Below are positions 1 through 7,868 of a stretch of DNA of 23,946 nt, piece after piece (positions within the stretch are counted from its first letter, which is position 1; every line of letters starts with the position of its first letter). Made by a program: the position numbers and the translations under genes. The notes beneath the pieces were generated by a model, which worked only from the letters and a program-made list of their open reading frames with translations, was not told where the DNA came from and searched no databases. This DNA is from Promethearchaeota archaeon (GTDB taxonomy: Archaea; Asgardarchaeota; Thorarchaeia; Thorarchaeales; Thorarchaeaceae), in contig JALVPN010000040.1 of the NCBI GenBank assembly GCA_027031765.1, positions 153,546-177,491 of the forward strand, written 5' to 3'.

Positions 1-240
1 TCTTCAACCTTTGTCTGGTGGTTTCTTGCCGACCTGTCCATTGTAAATGCAGCCCAAGGACTGGGTGCTCCGGCATTTGCTTCTTCGCTGGCCTGTGCGG
101 TCTGCGTTGCAGCCATTCCACCATTGCGCCGCTTTTACCTAGTTGGATGACCCCATTCTCGCATCCAGCTGCAGATGTGTCAATGATACAATGGATACCT
201 TCCCAATGGTGATGGAACGTGTCCCAGAAGGCGAAAGGTG

Positions 241-318
241 TGGTGCCCCGGCCGGGATTCGAACCCGGGTCAGGGGATCGAGAGTCCCCTATGCTGGGCC
301 GGACTACACTACCGGGGC
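241..318 (-). tRNA. tRNA-Glu(CTC), intronless, CCA encoded
   Basis: Reverse complement folds as a cloverleaf: acceptor GCCCCGG/CCGGGGC, anticodon arm GGGGA-CT-CTC-GA-TCCCC, T-loop TTCGAAT, 3' ACCA. Confidence 0.97.
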
Positions 319-423
319 CACATCGCGTCCACCCGGAGCACCCTTTCACGTTCCAGACCACAAATAAGGCTTTCCATCAGCCCAGTGCCCGAGTGTGTCC
401 AGCCACCAACAACACTGGACGCC

Positions 424-1245
424 CTACACCTGAGAACCTACCCGTCCGCCCCGTACAATCCGTGTGCACACTGTTTCCTTGTGGGCCAGCAGTTGACGGA
501 GCCGCCCGGGTACACACAGATTGAACACTACAATCTCTTCCACATATTTTGAGGCTTCGATAACGGCCCTCACTTTGTTGCCCATCCCTCCGGTCACGTC
601 CGGAGATGCTGAGGGCCCGGCTTGGAACTCCCAGCCACCCCTGTGGGGCAAATCAATCAACGGTATGTGTTGTGCATCTGGGCATGTCTTCGGATTGCAG
701 TCATAAATCCCATCCACATCGGTGCCCAGTAGTACTCTTCTTGCGTGAAGCATGTGTGCCAGGTGCGTCACAATCGTATCGCCGCTGAGGATTGAAGCGC
801 CGTACACTGTGTCGAAGCAGACATCACCGTGTGTGATAACAAGCAGGCTGGCATCCATTGCCATTTGGATGATGCGGAGTGGGAACTCTACAATCTGCCT
901 TTCAGTCAGGATGGTCGACGAGAAGGGCGTGACTACGACTGCAGGGAGACCTGCATTCCTGAAGCATGCTTCTACTTCGGTTGCCAACACTGTCATGTTG
1001 TGACGTATTGCTGGTACTCCTCTGAGCAACTGTGCCCGGGGTGTTTCCGGGTTATCATACCCGTACTCCTTTGCAGCTTGGTGGCCGTGAGCACCTCCAC
1101 CAAGTACTACAACAAGACGTTCCGAGTACGGCACTATCTCTTCGACTATGCGCCTTACTGCTCTCTCATTCACCATTGGGGGTGTACGGCCCTTGAATGT
1201 TATAACCGACCCGCCAAGCTTCAATATTGTGATGTCTTGTCCCAC
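424..1245 (-). CDS. ipk: Isopentenyl phosphate kinase (amino-acid kinase fold, archaeal mevalonate pathway)
   Basis: Motifs LKLGGSVIT, GGGAHGH (IPK-type His kept), HGDV, SGD, LGTDVDGIY and DVTGGMGNK; 273 aa. Confidence 0.9.
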   Translation of the reverse strand: MGQDITILKLGGSVITFKGRTPPMVNERAVRRIVEEIVPYSERLVVVLGGGAHGHQAAKEYGYDNPETPRAQLLRGVPAIRHNMTVLATEVEACFRNAGLPAVVVTPFSSTILTERQIVEFPLRIIQMAMDASLLVITHGDVCFDTVYGASILSGDTIVTHLAHMLHARRVLLGTDVDGIYDCNPKTCPDAQHIPLIDLPHRGGWEFQAGPSASPDVTGGMGNKVRAVIEASKYVEEIVVFNLCVPGRLRQLLAHKETVCTRIVRGGRVGSQV

Positions 1246-1327
1246 ATCTCTTCACCATCATTACTGGGACGCAGTCCTAGGTCGTTGTCCACGACGCAAC
1301 CGGCTTCGTGGGGGCTTATATTCATTC

Positions 1328-1567
1328 ATGTGGACTCGCTTCCGAGGTGTCCCTACACTGAGTCCGTCTGAACGTGACATCATTGCTGATGAACGTGGTG
1401 GGCCTCTTGTTGAGGAGAGCTTGCTCCTTGGCCTAGCCGTTGTCACTGTTTCGATAATAATTGCAGTAATTCTCCAGGCCACGGGATGGGCACAGGATGT
1501 GATAAACTCACTTCTCCAGTTCCTCGAAGACAGCTGGGCCAATCTGACATCCGTCATGAACCCATGA
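1328..1567 (+). CDS. Small type IV pilin-like protein with class III signal peptide (Flp-like), 79 aa
   Basis: 3' part of the 1148..1567 ORF from ATG 1328: charged leader ending DERG, then GPLVE (Glu at +5), hydrophobic SLLLGLAVVTVSIIIAVIL, short amphipathic tail with an NLT sequon. Confidence 0.65.
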   Translation: MWTRFRGVPTLSPSERDIIADERGGPLVEESLLLGLAVVTVSIIIAVILQATGWAQDVINSLLQFLEDSWANLTSVMNP

Positions 1568-1626
1568 CAATCAGTACGGTTTCTCACAGGACATGCCCAC
1601 GAAGCGCCAGTTTCATTTCGACATGT

Positions 1627-1989
1627 CTAGGCTATGGCTAGGTAGAAGACGCCCTTCTCAAGTATCTCAGTCATGAAGGGGATTGGCTCTGCAAATATGA
1701 GGATTACCCTCAGTCCGCCGACACTGCCGACTATCTCATTGGTGTGAGTGCCCTTTCTCCTGAACACGGTGCCCCTTACATACAGTCTTGTCCCCTCAGC
1801 ATCGGCACTCCCGTCGGTTTCTATGGTGACCTCTATTTCCTGATTCTCTCCAATCGACTCGCACAACGCCTCAGGGAGCTCCATGAGAACGGTCATGCCA
1901 CCATCCCGTGAAACAATCTTTATCCGCTTCAATCGGCGCGTTTCGGTTTCATCAATGGACTCTACTACCGCCCGGACTTTCAATCCCAT
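1627..1989 (-). CDS. rpo8: RNA polymerase subunit Rpo8 (RpoG / Rpb8 homolog), about 120 aa
   Basis: From ATG 1989 (MGLKVRAVV). YVRGTVFR and SVGGLRV resemble the Rpb8 motifs YVMxGKVYR and SxGGLLM; OB-fold-like beta pattern and size fit. The ORF-track extension to 2211 looks non-coding. Confidence 0.7.
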   Translation of the reverse strand: MGLKVRAVVESIDETETRRLKRIKIVSRDGGMTVLMELPEALCESIGENQEIEVTIETDGSADAEGTRLYVRGTVFRRKGTHTNEIVGSVGGLRVILIFAEPIPFMTEILEKGVFYLAIA

Positions 1990-2172
1990 AGGCTCGGCAT
2001 CTCCATAAGTGATTGGCATGGTTCTTGGTGCTCCCGAATTAAACCTGTCGCTGTCGGGCCCAAGATGGCTGGGTCTTTCGTTTGTGTTCTCAGCAGCTAT
2101 CGGGCGGTTCGCATTACTGTTCAGGCCGCAATAGCACGGCCTTGAGTCCTGTCCGGTTGTAATTGTGGGCCG

Positions 2173-2180
2173 TTTTTTAA
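2173..2180 (+). promoter_or_regulatory. Putative TATA box of the large secreted-protein gene
   Basis: TTTTTTAA ends 23 nt before GTG 2203 and 32 nt before ATG 2212. Confidence 0.5.
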
Positions 2181-2202
2181 CCGTGATGAGAACTTCACCC
2201 GT

Positions 2203-4938
2203 GTGAAACACATGGATTCCCGTTGTGCTGTCGTATCTGTACTTGCTGGAGCCATGTTCCTGCTATACATGACGGTTCCCGTCTATGCATACTACTTCGA
2301 CTTCTACTACTTCGAAACCGACAAGACGACATACGAAGTCGGCGAAACAATCGAAATGGTCGCAAAGGTTGCCGCCGACTATGGAGATGGTGGGCGGTGC
2401 TATGTGTCATTCACGGTTTCTAGCAACAGTTCAGTCTTATACGCAGACGAGTACGCGCTGCCGCCTGCCCCGAACATTCGGTACCTGACCTCCTCCTATA
2501 CGATTTCTCCAGAGGATGTAGCACCAGGCAACGGGACTACTACCCTCCATGTGATGTTCAATATTGAAATCTTTGACAATGGATATGGCGATGGTGCAAG
2601 CGAAACAGTGACCGTGAACGTGACCCGTGGCCCCCTAACAACTGAGCCGGCATCCCAGCTCATGTGTTACTATGGCCGCAACACCACTGTTTCGTTCAGG
2701 GTACATAGCATCCATAATGACAATGTCTTGTATTCTGGGGGGCCAGTGTCGGTTTCTGTCGTGAACAGTACACAACACACCGTCCTTGACCTTCTTCTCT
2801 CAACCAACTCCTCTGGGATGGTGGAGTTTGATTGGACCCCTGATATTGGCGGGCCTGGGACTTATGACATTGACATTGGCATTCCGGACTCTCCCGCCTT
2901 TCTATCAACCTCCGCATCGTATCAGTTCCGAGTTGCTCCAGGTCACTCCAACATTACTATTGCCTCGCTGCCTGAGAGCGTCTATTGCCAACCCGCAAAT
3001 GCGTCCGACGTAGAGTTTTGCGAGATTGTGGTCAACCACACAGATTCCCAAGGCCAGCCAATAGCTCGGAGCGCTGTCACCTGGAGTGTTGCCAACTCCA
3101 GTGGCTCCTTCATCGAAACAAGTCCGGGTACGTATTCCGCATCAGTACCAGTTGTGGTGTCGCCTGGACTCATGTCGGTCAATATCAGTGTTTCAAATCC
3201 CTACTATGAACCTATTTGGACTTCAGTAGTTGTACCAGTCAAGAAACGACCGGTCATGGTGGACGCCGACATCCACGAACCCCTCATCACAGGAAAGAGC
3301 GTCTTGGTGACGGTTGCTGTCACTGACAAGCGGGCACTCCACTCAGTTTCAGACTACCCGGTCACTGTGTCCATTGTTATGAACAACACAGTGCTAGACA
3401 AATGCGCTGCCGTGACAAACAGCACTGGTACTCTCTCGGCCTGGTTGTCAATACCACCACAGATGTGGGGTTCTGCCAGCGTAGTAGTTTCCTCACAGAA
3501 CGCGTCGGATCTGTATGAGTCCTGTTATTCGTCATATCCTGTAAGTGTGTTGTTTGTGCCAATTGTTCACTACAACCTGTCCGACATACCTCTTATGGGC
3601 AACACAACAGTTCTCATCGTCAGTACGCACGATCCTAGTGGTGCCCCACTTGCCGGTCTCGATCTCTCTCTTTGTAACGAATCTGGTGCGGTCATCGCAT
3701 CCGGGACTACCAACTCCAGCGGCATTACACTACTTGACTGGATCATTGCACCAAGTGCTACTGGAAACCTCACATACTCCCTGACATGTGCTGCAAACCA
3801 GTCGCTCTACGTCTGTCAGGCAACGACCAAAGTGGTCGTCCCAGTATACTGCCCTGTGTTCATCTCCAGCACCAACAGTTCATTATCTGCACTCCGTGGA
3901 ACCACTGCCCATGTCAACATTACTCTTGTTTCGCCTTATGCTGACAACATGACGCTTGTAGTGGCACTGGTTGACTCGCGTAGTGAGCTCTCCGTACTCA
4001 CACTGCTAGGCCTGAACAGATCCGCTTCAATCCCCATCCCTCTCTCCGCCAATGCTTCCCTCGGCACTCACACTTTCTCAATATCGGTTCTGAACAATTC
4101 ATATCGTATCGTTGACGCGCCTCAAATCCGCGTCATCGTGTTTGGCATAATGAGCCTCAACGCCAACGTATCCGATGTGCTCTATCCCTCAGACCTCACC
4201 TGTCGGGTAGCACTATCTGACGCATCATCGTCAGCGCCACTTCACAATGCATCACTCTACTTCTTTCTCGACGACGATGTATTGCCTTTCGCCAAGACTA
4301 ATAGTACCAATTCTCCATCCACTGTCTTCCTCCGTCTGCCCCCACACTGCACCCCTGGGATACATACCCTTCACGTTGCAGGTGAGAGCAAGTGGTTTCT
4401 CACAGCTTCAATTTCAAGGACATTCGTCCTATGGGTGAAGACCTCTATGGTATTCCTCAACACTAGCAGCTCGGGAACGTCAAGTGCCTCCTCAGCTACC
4501 ACTCAACACTCTTCAATGGCCTCCAATAGTTCCTCCGGCTCTATCAACCTACCCCCGCCTATCCTGTTGAGAGGTATTACCTCTCTTCTCCCTGAAACCG
4601 CACGCTCAACCTCTCTTGAGAGTTGTCCTAGGTTGAGCTCTGGTACTAGAATCCATTCCACGGTTTCAGCAAAACGCCGCACCCTCCTGTCAGGAAACGG
4701 CCAGACCGTACGTAGTCGCAGCGAACGCACAGATGCACCCTCCTGCCCCTCGACAATCTCCTCCACGGTACGTGAAACTGCCCCCATGGACACTATTCCA
4801 CAGGATGCTCTCGGCGGCCCGCTTTCAATCACATCCTCAAGAATGTGCGCATGCGCCTCGACCTTGCGCCTGATTCGCCGCACGAGCCGGTCATGCACCT
4901 CTGCATCTGCAGTTTTCCTGAAGCCCCGCTCGTCATGA
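2203..4938 (+). CDS. Large secreted/cell-surface protein with tandem Ig-like beta-sandwich domains; last ~145 codons overlap korA antisense
   Basis: Signal peptide (AVVSVLAGAMFLLYMTVPVYA), TDKTTYEVGETI start typical of Ig-like modules, repeated TNSSG/TNSTG beta motifs, about 30 N-x-S/T sequons by manual count. Start may be ATG 2212. The true functional C-terminus is uncertain. Confidence 0.75.
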   Translation: MKHMDSRCAVVSVLAGAMFLLYMTVPVYAYYFDFYYFETDKTTYEVGETIEMVAKVAADYGDGGRCYVSFTVSSNSSVLYADEYALPPAPNIRYLTSSYTISPEDVAPGNGTTTLHVMFNIEIFDNGYGDGASETVTVNVTRGPLTTEPASQLMCYYGRNTTVSFRVHSIHNDNVLYSGGPVSVSVVNSTQHTVLDLLLSTNSSGMVEFDWTPDIGGPGTYDIDIGIPDSPAFLSTSASYQFRVAPGHSNITIASLPESVYCQPANASDVEFCEIVVNHTDSQGQPIARSAVTWSVANSSGSFIETSPGTYSASVPVVVSPGLMSVNISVSNPYYEPIWTSVVVPVKKRPVMVDADIHEPLITGKSVLVTVAVTDKRALHSVSDYPVTVSIVMNNTVLDKCAAVTNSTGTLSAWLSIPPQMWGSASVVVSSQNASDLYESCYSSYPVSVLFVPIVHYNLSDIPLMGNTTVLIVSTHDPSGAPLAGLDLSLCNESGAVIASGTTNSSGITLLDWIIAPSATGNLTYSLTCAANQSLYVCQATTKVVVPVYCPVFISSTNSSLSALRGTTAHVNITLVSPYADNMTLVVALVDSRSELSVLTLLGLNRSASIPIPLSANASLGTHTFSISVLNNSYRIVDAPQIRVIVFGIMSLNANVSDVLYPSDLTCRVALSDASSSAPLHNASLYFFLDDDVLPFAKTNSTNSPSTVFLRLPPHCTPGIHTLHVAGESKWFLTASISRTFVLWVKTSMVFLNTSSSGTSSASSATTQHSSMASNSSSGSINLPPPILLRGITSLLPETARSTSLESCPRLSSGTRIHSTVSAKRRTLLSGNGQTVRSRSERTDAPSCPSTISSTVRETAPMDTIPQDALGGPLSITSSRMCACASTLRLIRRTSRSCTSASAVFLKPRSS

Positions 4939-5639
4939 GTCGACCCGGTGATGAGGAGGTTGTGTCCATCGCCAAACCGTGGCATGAGTGCATGTCCACT
5001 ATCGTCCACCTCCCCATATGGTTTCCGACCAGTTGGTGTAAAGTGTCTTCGTACTGGACTTGGCCCGTTTCCCGTAGTCACTCGCTCTCGTGTGTGTGCT
5101 ACGACTTCATCGGATAGGAGAATCACTGGGTGGCGCAACAGCTCCGACAGCTCGAATGCTCTTAGTGTGAGCTCGTATGTTTCCTGTGCTGAGTTTGGTG
5201 AAAGCACTACACTTGTCGAGTCCCCATGCGTACCCCACCTTGCCTGCATGATATCCCCTTGGGCCGCCTTCGTCGCCTGTCCGGTACTGGGCCCGGCCCT
5301 CTGAACATCCACCACGACGCATGGCGTTTCTGTCATCACGGCGTATCCAATCCCCTCTTGCATCAGGCTGAAGCCAGGCCCCGATGTTGCAGTCATAGCA
5401 AGACTGCCTCCCCACGATGCACCGATTACAGCTGAGATGGCCGCGATTTCGTCCTCCATCTGCATGAAGACTCCTTCACTACGTGGGAACCGTTCAGCCA
5501 CGAGTTCGGCTATCTCTGAGGCTGGCGTAATCGGATAACCAGCAAAGAACCTGCAGCCGGCCCTAATCGCTGCCTCCGCACACGCTTGGTTTCCCTGCCA
5601 GAAGTGCACGGTGGATCTGTTGTCGGGGTCGTCGCCCAT
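4503..5639 (-). CDS. korA: 2-oxoacid:ferredoxin oxidoreductase alpha subunit (KorA/OorA type), about 378 aa
   Basis: QGNQACAEAAIRAGCRFFAGYPITPASEI, QMEDEIAA, TATSGPGFSLMQE, QRAGPSTGQAT, QARWGTHGD, VPELNLGQL. Start moved to ATG 5639 where homology begins. Substrate cannot be assigned. Confidence 0.92.
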   Translation of the reverse strand: MGDDPDNRSTVHFWQGNQACAEAAIRAGCRFFAGYPITPASEIAELVAERFPRSEGVFMQMEDEIAAISAVIGASWGGSLAMTATSGPGFSLMQEGIGYAVMTETPCVVVDVQRAGPSTGQATKAAQGDIMQARWGTHGDSTSVVLSPNSAQETYELTLRAFELSELLRHPVILLSDEVVAHTRERVTTGNGPSPVRRHFTPTGRKPYGEVDDSGHALMPRFGDGHNLLITGSTHDERGFRKTADAEVHDRLVRRIRRKVEAHAHILEDVIESGPPRASCGIVSMGAVSRTVEEIVEGQEGASVRSLRLRTVWPFPDRRVRRFAETVEWILVPELNLGQLSREVERAVSGRREVIPLNRIGGGRLIEPEELLEAIEEC

Positions 5640-5978
5640 TGTATCACACAGGGGGCTGAGCGCCACATACCAAGATAAGCCTACTCGTCTGTACAGACCC
5701 TCTTGCTGCACTGGTGTGTCTAGGTATCTGTAGCACTCGCGCGTCGCACCACTGTGTCGGCCGGCGACCCGGTCGGTACTCTCAGCAATACCACTTGCTG
5801 AAGATGTCATATCGGTACGGACACCCATCCTGGCAGATGCGATAGAGCTGGCACATCCTCACGACTAACATCGCATACTATCACGCTATCTGTGTAGTCG
5901 CGGATTAGCCATTTGGACAGAGGTGCTCATGCTGCCTCGTACAAGGTTTCTTGAGAGGGACTTCATGTTCCGATACTC

Positions 5979-5985
5979 TTTTAAT
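5979..5985 (+). promoter_or_regulatory. Putative TATA box of tRNA-Gly
   Basis: TTTTAAT at -30 to -24 from the tRNA 5' end. Confidence 0.6.
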
Positions 5986-6008
5986 CTGTCCACATATCTT
6001 AGTATCAA

Positions 6009-6103
6009 GCGACCGTGGTCTAGTCGGTTAGGACGGAAGCCTCCCAAGCTTCCAACCCGAGTCGATTGACATCGCGGGAATTCGAATCTCGGCGGTCGCA
6101 CCA
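6009..6103 (+). tRNA. tRNA-Gly(CCC) with a 19-nt intron at position 53/54 (6062..6080), CCA encoded
   Basis: Acceptor GCGACCG/CGGTCGC, anticodon arm GAAGC-CT-CCC-AA-GCTTC, T-stem CCGAG/CTCGG. Removing 6062..6080 restores TTCGAAT and a 76-nt tRNA. BHB: central helix CCCG/CGGG, bulges AG|T and AA|T, intron stem CGAT/ATCG. Confidence 0.93.
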
Positions 6104-6158
6104 CTCTTGTTCTTGTATCACTTGACATCCTCGAAACCCGTCGTCCTCATACTCATTG

Positions 6159-6165
6159 TTTAAAG
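6159..6165 (+). promoter_or_regulatory. Putative TATA box of the box C/D sRNA
   Basis: TTTAAAG at -28 to -22 from the sRNA terminal stem at 6187. Confidence 0.6.
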
Positions 6166-6186
6166 CCAAATGGTCTGTGCGTTCTG

Positions 6187-6268
6187 ATGTGGCGAGTGAT
6201 GAATGCAATGACCCCTCTGAGCTCTATTATGGCGATGACTGGGATCTTGAGTTATGAGCTCGCCACAT
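6187..6268 (+). ncRNA. Box C/D methylation guide sRNA; predicted D-guide target tRNA-Leu(CAA) C34
   Basis: 10-bp terminal stem ATGTGGCGAG/CTCGCCACAT; box C GTGATGA 6196-6202; D' CTGA 6217-6220; C' GCGATGA 6232-6238; degenerate D ATGA 6254-6257; 14- and 15-nt guides; upstream TATA. Confidence 0.8.
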
Positions 6269-6324
6269 TACTTTCGGTGACCCCCGCCCCCGTTGTACGT
6301 TCTATCGAACAATCCGCGCAATGC

Positions 6325-6331
6325 TTTTAAA
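6325..6331 (+). promoter_or_regulatory. Putative TATA box of cdc6
   Basis: TTTTAAA ends 31 nt before ATG 6362, consistent with a near-leaderless mRNA. Confidence 0.55.
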
Positions 6332-6361
6332 CTTGCCGTCGGATTGACATTTGGGTTGTAG

Positions 6362-7561
6362 ATGTTTCACGATTTCATAGAAGACGAACTGAGCCGTCAG
6401 AGTATATTCAGAGCTGAAGAGTTTCTGTCTATCGACTATGTACCTGAGCATCTACCCCACCGTGAAGAGGAGCTACGAACACTTCTCCGTGGTTTCAAGA
6501 CCCTTATCTCTGCTCCCGGACGTACAAGTCCGCGCTTCGTAATCGAGGGCCCCGTCGGGACTGGTAAAACGGCTGTTGCAAAGCGTTTTTCTGAAGAGCT
6601 TGTCACAGCTGCACGGAAACGTGGAGTGCGGCTGCACGGAATCCACATAAACTGCCGCGTCAACAAGAGTCCCTTCCTTGTATACCTCCGCGTCCTCAGA
6701 GAGTTCAGACCAGACTTTCCCCGGCGCGGACACTCCCCTGAGGAGCTCTTGCAGATTATCCTCGACACTCTTGATGAACAAGACCGGTATGTCCTGTTGA
6801 TACTGGACGAATTCGACTATTTCATTATCAACCCGCGAGGGCAAGAGATACTATATGCATTGACCCGGCTGGTCGATGACCGTCTGAACGAACAGCAGCG
6901 GATTTCTTTGCTCCTCATTGGACGCGACTTGCAGTCCAGCTTGGGTACACTTGACTATAGCACCCTCAGCACACTCCAACACAATTCGCTTCGCTTTCAG
7001 AAATACAGTGCAGTAGCCTTGTATGACATCCTACACGAACGTGTCGCACTGGCATTTCAAGACGGCGTTGTACTGGATGACACACTGCACCTAATCTGCG
7101 ATATTGCTGCCGAGTACGGTGACGCACGATATGCGATTGAACTGCTCTGTCGAGCCGGCAAACAGGCCGAACAGGTCGGGTCTGATTACGTGGTGCCTGA
7201 GTTTGTGCGCAAGGCAAAGGCAGACACACATCCCGAGCTCCGAAAAGAAGTATTCGAATCACTACCACTCCACAACAAACTGCTCCTCTTAGCAGCAGCG
7301 AGGCAGCTACGGGGTGTCCAAGATGCATATGTCACAATGGGCGATGTGGAAGACATGTATCGTACTGTTTGCGAGGAGTACAACCAGGCACCACGTGCCC
7401 ACACGCAGATATGGGAGTGGGTTCAAGATTTTGCAGCCCACGGCATTCTTGACACAAAGAAGTCCGGCCCTGGGCAACGTGGGCAGACAACTCTAATTGG
7501 ACTTTCCGACTTGCCGGCAGAGATGCTTGAACAGTTCCTATTGCAGCTCATTGAGGAGTGA
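6362..7561 (+). CDS. cdc6: Orc1/Cdc6 replication initiator
   Basis: DYVPEHLPHREEEL, Walker A GPVGTGKT, Walker B LILDEFD, GDARYAIELL, C-terminal winged helix ending GQRGQTTLI. Confidence 0.97.
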   Translation: MFHDFIEDELSRQSIFRAEEFLSIDYVPEHLPHREEELRTLLRGFKTLISAPGRTSPRFVIEGPVGTGKTAVAKRFSEELVTAARKRGVRLHGIHINCRVNKSPFLVYLRVLREFRPDFPRRGHSPEELLQIILDTLDEQDRYVLLILDEFDYFIINPRGQEILYALTRLVDDRLNEQQRISLLLIGRDLQSSLGTLDYSTLSTLQHNSLRFQKYSAVALYDILHERVALAFQDGVVLDDTLHLICDIAAEYGDARYAIELLCRAGKQAEQVGSDYVVPEFVRKAKADTHPELRKEVFESLPLHNKLLLLAAARQLRGVQDAYVTMGDVEDMYRTVCEEYNQAPRAHTQIWEWVQDFAAHGILDTKKSGPGQRGQTTLIGLSDLPAEMLEQFLLQLIEE

Positions 7562-7848
7562 TGAGGATGTCTGAAACTGTATTCTTGGTGCCCATTGAAG
7601 AGGTGTTTTCGTCAAAGGGCCGCACAAGAGTCCTCAAGGAGCTTGCACTTGCTGGTGAGCTTAACGTTTCCGAACTGTGCAGACGCGCCGGCCTCAATCA
7701 CAGTACCACCAAAGCACACCTTCACGTTCTGATTTCTGCGGGCCTAGTGGAAGAGAAGTGTTTTGGACGTATCCGGATCTACCGTTACCGACTGGAGGAT
7801 GTCCGTGCCCGTGCTATCAAGAGCCTCCTTGAACTCTGGATTGTGTGA
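7558..7848 (+). CDS. Small winged-helix (ArsR-like) DNA-binding protein
   Basis: VFSSKGRTRVLKEL...ELNVSELCRRAGLNHSTTKAHLHVLISAGLVEEKCFGRIRIY is an HTH plus wing pattern. Overlaps the cdc6 stop (GTGA); start may be ATG 7561 or 7567. Confidence 0.85.
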   Translation: MMRMSETVFLVPIEEVFSSKGRTRVLKELALAGELNVSELCRRAGLNHSTTKAHLHVLISAGLVEEKCFGRIRIYRYRLEDVRARAIKSLLELWIV

Positions 7849-7868
7849 GTCTACCGTGGTGACCCAAC

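Noticed and set aside
1-124. Minus-strand ORF starts (ATG 116 or 124) running off the window edge
   Set aside because: About 40 codons with no recognisable motif; cannot be supported without flanking sequence.
1990-2211. N-terminal extensions of rpo8 (likewise korA 5640-5828, mcm 16994-17041, rps3ae 22058-22201)
   Set aside because: No homology-like content; they overlap promoter regions or opposite-strand starts, and downstream ATGs fit family lengths.
6239-6253. sRNA D guide targeting the tRNA-Glu(CTC) in this window
   Set aside because: Pairing has two mismatches (U35, C36) right next to the target base; tRNA-Leu(CAA) would pair fully.
6104-6361. Replication origin (ORB repeats) upstream of cdc6
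   Set aside because: No TTCCAxxGGAAA-type ORB or mini-ORB pair and no long AT-rich unwinding element. The inverted repeat present is explained by the C/D sRNA terminal stem.
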